A DNA stretch of 64,000 nt, from contig NC_042997.1 in assembly GCF_006345805.1 (NCBI RefSeq), positions 11,222,001-11,286,000 on the forward strand. Reading direction: 5' to 3'. Under the pieces are notes generated by a model. It was not told the origin of the DNA, did no database searches, and was given only the letters and a program-made list of their open reading frames with translations. Below are positions 59,912 to 64,000 of the stretch, piece by piece; position 1 is the first letter of the stretch; every line of letters starts with the position of its first letter. Made by a program: the position numbers and the translations under genes. The DNA comes from Octopus sinensis (lineage: Eukaryota).

Positions 59912-60337
59912 CCTACAAGGGGGTAGACACAGAGGGGACAAACGGATTATGTCAATTATATTGACCCCAGTGTGTAACTGGTACTTATATAAAGTGTCAA
60001 GTTGGCAGAAACTTTAGCACGCTGGGCGAAATGCGTAGCCGTATTTCGTCTGCCGTTACGTTCTGAGTTCAAAATCCGCAGAGTTCGACTTTGCCTTTCA
60101 TCCTTTTGGGGGTCGATAAATTAAGTACCAGTTACGCACTGGGATCGATATAATCGACTTAAATCTGTCTGTCCTTGTTTGTCTCCTCTGTGTTTAGCCC
60201 TCTGTGGGTAGTAAAAAAAAAAAAGTACTTATATAATCAACCCCGAAAGGATGAAAGGCAGTCGACCTCAGTGGAATTTGAACTCAGAATGCAGCAGCAG
60301 ACGAAATACTGCTAACGTTTCTGCCAGCTCACTGCCT
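59912..60337. mobile_element. SINE B (+, 59992-60224) nested in an oppositely oriented SINE B
   Basis: 11-bp TSD gtacttatata at 59981-59991 and 60225-60235; poly(A) tail. Confidence 0.85.
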
Positions 60338-60969
60338 TTAAGCAGAAAAAACTTGTTTTCTACTTCTCCTTCACACTAGTTTTTACTATTGACAATACTG
60401 CTTTCAAATCCTGTTTTTTGATTGGATAAAGTTTTTCATGGAAAGTAAGTGACAACTCTGAGACTCAATCCAAGTGATTGCTGATTTTTTTTTTTTTTTT
60501 ATGGCTGGTTATGACACCCAAGATATTATGTAGTGAGTTTGAACATAGAACCATGTGGTTGGGAAACAATCTTCTTAACCACACAGCCACTTATGCCAAA
60601 CTATCCAACTAAATAGCAAAACTAATCTAAGTGAAGACCATACACAGCTTTCAAAGTAGCAGGGTGTCTATATCAATTAAGTTCCTAATATTTTCACAAA
60701 TATTTAAAAAGGGTACCTATTCATATATAGATTTTTCTGTGTGGTAAAATATAATCACTGGTTGACACCAACCCTTTTGTTACAATGTTTTTGTTGGAAT
60801 ACATGGCTTTTGTTTCAGTTATGAAGAATTTGGTAAAATAAACCTGTTCTAATGGTAAAGAATTATATCAGCACCAGGATTTTATTACAAAATTGATCTC
60901 CCTTCCTCTATAGAAAAATTAGCAAAATTTGCTGATGAAAATTTCTCCATCTGAGGATGTTGTTAGATG

Positions 60970-61497
60970 TATTGGGTTGTCCGGAAAGTTTGCGCTGATT
61001 TATAGTAGTCTACCTTTCGACTTATTTTAGAACATGGTTGAGTCCATAAAATAGGATTTGATTACACCTCCATTTAGAGCTCAGTTTAAGCTGTCTTTTC
61101 AAGGAACAAGGTTTCTGTTCGTATAACCTGTGTTAATTCTGTAACCTTTTAAAAATGGAAGATAAGAATGTTCATTTTTGGGAACCAGACAAAAAATTGC
61201 TGCAGCTCGGCTGGGATGTTAGCCCACCCTCCATATTCACCAGATATTGCTCCTTCGGATTTCCACTTATTCAGATCTCTGCAGAAGGGTAAAAATTTCA
61301 ATTCCTTGGATGACATAAAAAGATACTTTGATGAATTCTTTGTCATGAAACCACCACAATTCTGGGAAGAGGGTATTTTCAAGTTAAAGGAAAGATGGAG
61401 ACGCATTGTGCAACAAAATGGTTCATATTTGGTTGATTAAAAATGTAATGGCAAGTATTTATTGACCTTTTTCTTAGCTTTAAAAATCGGCACAAAC
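60970..61497 (+). mobile_element. Internally deleted mariner element
   Basis: TA-TTGGGTTGTCCGGAAAG left TIR; MEDKNVHF joined directly to KKLLQLGWDV..HPPYSPDIAPSDFHLFRSL..WRRIVQQNGSYLVD*; partial right TIR aaatcggcacaaac. Confidence 0.88.
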
Positions 61498-62020
61498 AGT
61501 GGATTTGGTAGACGGAAACTGAAAGAAGCCTGTCGTATATATGTATGTGTGTGTGTTTGTCCCCCTAGCATTGCTTGACAACCGATGGTGTGTTTACGTC
61601 CCCGTCACTTAGCGGTTCGGCAAAAGAGACCGATAGAATAAGTACTGGGCTTACAAAAAAATTAGTCCTGGGCTCAACTAAAAGGCGGTGCTCCAGCATG
61701 GCCGCAGTCAAATGACTGAAACAAGTTAAAGAGTATAATCCAATATAAATTTTCCTAAGTGATTAAATGGGTAGCTGTGATTGCTATTGTTAATGATTTG
61801 TCTTTTTATCATTAAAACATGTTCCTGATGAAAATATTGATGCAACATAATCTCAAGGTTGTAATCAGAATAGAAAATAGAACTTTCCCCACTCTCATAC
61901 ATTTAAGCTAAATTTGGTCTAGTTTTATTTCTTGGACAACTATGAATTGAAAATTACTACATAATTCCTTAGTACACCTTGTAAGAAAGCATCATTTTAT
62001 AAATTGGTGCTGTTCTTTAA

Positions 62021-64000
62021 CCCTTTCATTATTATATTTCTGACCAAAAAACATCCCTCATGAGTTTCAATTAAATTCTAAAATAATCATGAATTTAGAC
62101 TAGTTTCATTAAACAACTATAACTTTTTTACTTATCAACATATTAATGTGATATTTGGAACATAATTGACGAAAGGGTTCTTAATCAATTCCATTGCATA
62201 ATTTTTGTCTCAAAGTGACTAATTACAGGTAAATCCAGGTAAACTGAGCAAAAGGTAAAAAATATTAAAATTTTGTTTAAACATTACCATAGAAAATCAA
62301 TCCTCAGCTAATATTTGAGGTATGCAACAAAATTTTGATATAGAAGAATTGTGCACATCACTAGATTATCAGTTGAATTTAATGCACAGAACAGGTGTAC
62401 CATAAAGGTAAAATAAACTGAAATATTAGAATTTGTTTTTGAAGAAAACTAGAAAATTAAAGACAACTGAATGAAATATACTCGCACACATACATGAATA
62501 CACAGGAACATATATAATAAAGATTTACAATAGAAATTAAATCAAAACTTGTCATTCACCTTACAGGCAAATTAAAAAGTTAAAACTAAGTAAATTTGAA
62601 AAATATTTATACAATCTAATTATACATATATACAAACAATATTTACATTATATTTCTATCATGGAAAGTTGTAAAACATCCCACTCTACATACTGCAACC
62701 TTGCGGAATCCACATTGGAAGGATGTTTCAACTGGCCGTCCACTGGGAGTTTTTCTTTTTTGATGTACACATTCACGGCACTGCCTTTTGCGACACCCGA
62801 TTTTTTTCTAATTTATGTAGATCGGCTGAACTCGGAGGAATATCTCTGGCAGGCTTTGCTTTTCATTCCTGCAGTTATTTATTTTGAGGAATATCCTGCC
62901 CGGAACTGCAGATGGTCGCACCGCTTACGAACCCCTCCTGATTTGGTATATAATATAAATGCATTTACAATGCTCATGTTTATTATATACCAAACCAGGT
63001 ATCGCCACCATTTATTACCCGGTCTACCAACCGGATAATAACTCATCATCTGGTTCAGCCAATCCACACCGCCCATGTACTTGTTATAATCAAGGTTCAC
63101 AAACGGAGTGCCATTTTCATCTACACATGGTTGTGCACTGGTAGATAGAAAATTTATCTGCCTCTTATCTCTGTATCCAGTCGCTAGCAGATTTTCTTTC
63201 TGCCATTGGATTATTTCACCTCTTTTTTTTAATTTTGCTTTTTTTATATCCAACGGCAGCCCCTTTTCTACTAGCAATTACTGTAGAACACGTATACGTT
63301 GCCACAGCTTCTAAATCCTCCGCAAGTTTGACCGAATTGAAAAATCAGTCAAAAAATAATATATGGCCCTGGTTATGGTATGGAAGTGATAAATTCCAGA
63401 CCACATCGTACCCTAGGCCATGCTGACTTACATAATTGTCTCTTTTCCCTGTATAGAAGTTAAATCCACAGCAGTACCCACTATTTGCTTCACATATTTT
63501 CCAAACTTTGATCCATTTTGTGGGCTTTCCTGGCATATACTGCCGAAAACGTACTCGGCTTTTATAGCCCACCATACCCTCATCGATAGATAAATACGTT
63601 CCAGGGTTGTAAAATTTTTTGTAGGCATTTTGAACACCATCAATGAGGGGTCTTATTTTAAATAAGGGATCAAAGTTTGGTTCTCCATGTACGGGGGTAC
63701 TGCTAGTGTCTCTCACATGTAAATACTGGCTCAGTTTTACAAATCGTATTCGGGTCATAATACTGGAAACAATGATCCCCAAAAAGTTCCCGATTGCTCC
63801 AGTAATTCGTAATTCTGGGCAATTACCTTATGCCCATAATATTTATGGCAAAAAAATGCCCGCATTTCTTCTACGGTTGTTGGGTACCACAAGCTATCTT
63901 TTTTTCAAGCTTGTTTACTTTCTGCATAACGGTTTGTCTCTGCAGTTATAGCTTCAAACAAGCATACAGGAAAAAAAAAAAATTCTATTGGTCTCGCTGC
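62021..64000 (-). mobile_element. piggyBac transposon relic with frameshifted transposase (PGBD-like), continues past window end
   Basis: Motifs DPLFKIRPLID, LSIDEGMVGYK, FRQYMPGKP, DYNKYMGGVD, KWWRYL..IINMSIVNAFILY and Cys-rich C-terminus CRECVH..CGFRKVAVCRVGCF; terminus TTAA|CCCTTTC at 62017-62027; several frameshifts/stops. Confidence 0.9.

Noticed and set aside
1154-60000. Dozens of 60-170 aa ORFs beginning MDGSTGV.., MLFTCH.., MSSNA.., MLVCL.., or rich in YI/IY/HT
   Set aside because: They fall inside RTE 3' UTRs, SINEs or TA/CA microsatellites and recur with the repeats; not genes

Overview
AT-rich, repeat-dense eukaryotic genomic DNA, most likely from an octopus (coleoid cephalopod). 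This assignment is inferred from tRNA-headed SINE families resembling described octopus SINEs, RTE LINE tails and a giant C2H2 zinc-finger gene. Genes: (1) the last four coding exons of a mitochondrial EF-Tu gene (+, 329-8674); (2) a single-exon ORF of about 2.1-2.2k aa (+, 30486/30855-37103) carrying six widely spaced, equal-length triple-C2H2 modules with the same base-contact residues, plus four isolated fingers; (3) two intact head-to-head RPL21 paralogs (- 45815-46297; + 55022-55504), each with an intronless CDS, an inferred 5'-UTR intron and a TOP-like start. The remainder is SINEs, RTE/CR1 LINE fragments, non-autonomous Helitrons, piggyBac MITEs and a piggyBac relic, Tigger and mariner fossils, microsatellites, a SINE-mediated 2.3-kb tandem duplication with a chimeric SINE at its junction, and several long fold-back palindromes. 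Most short ORFs in the track are repeat-derived. All alignments and counts were done by eye; no database searches were run.
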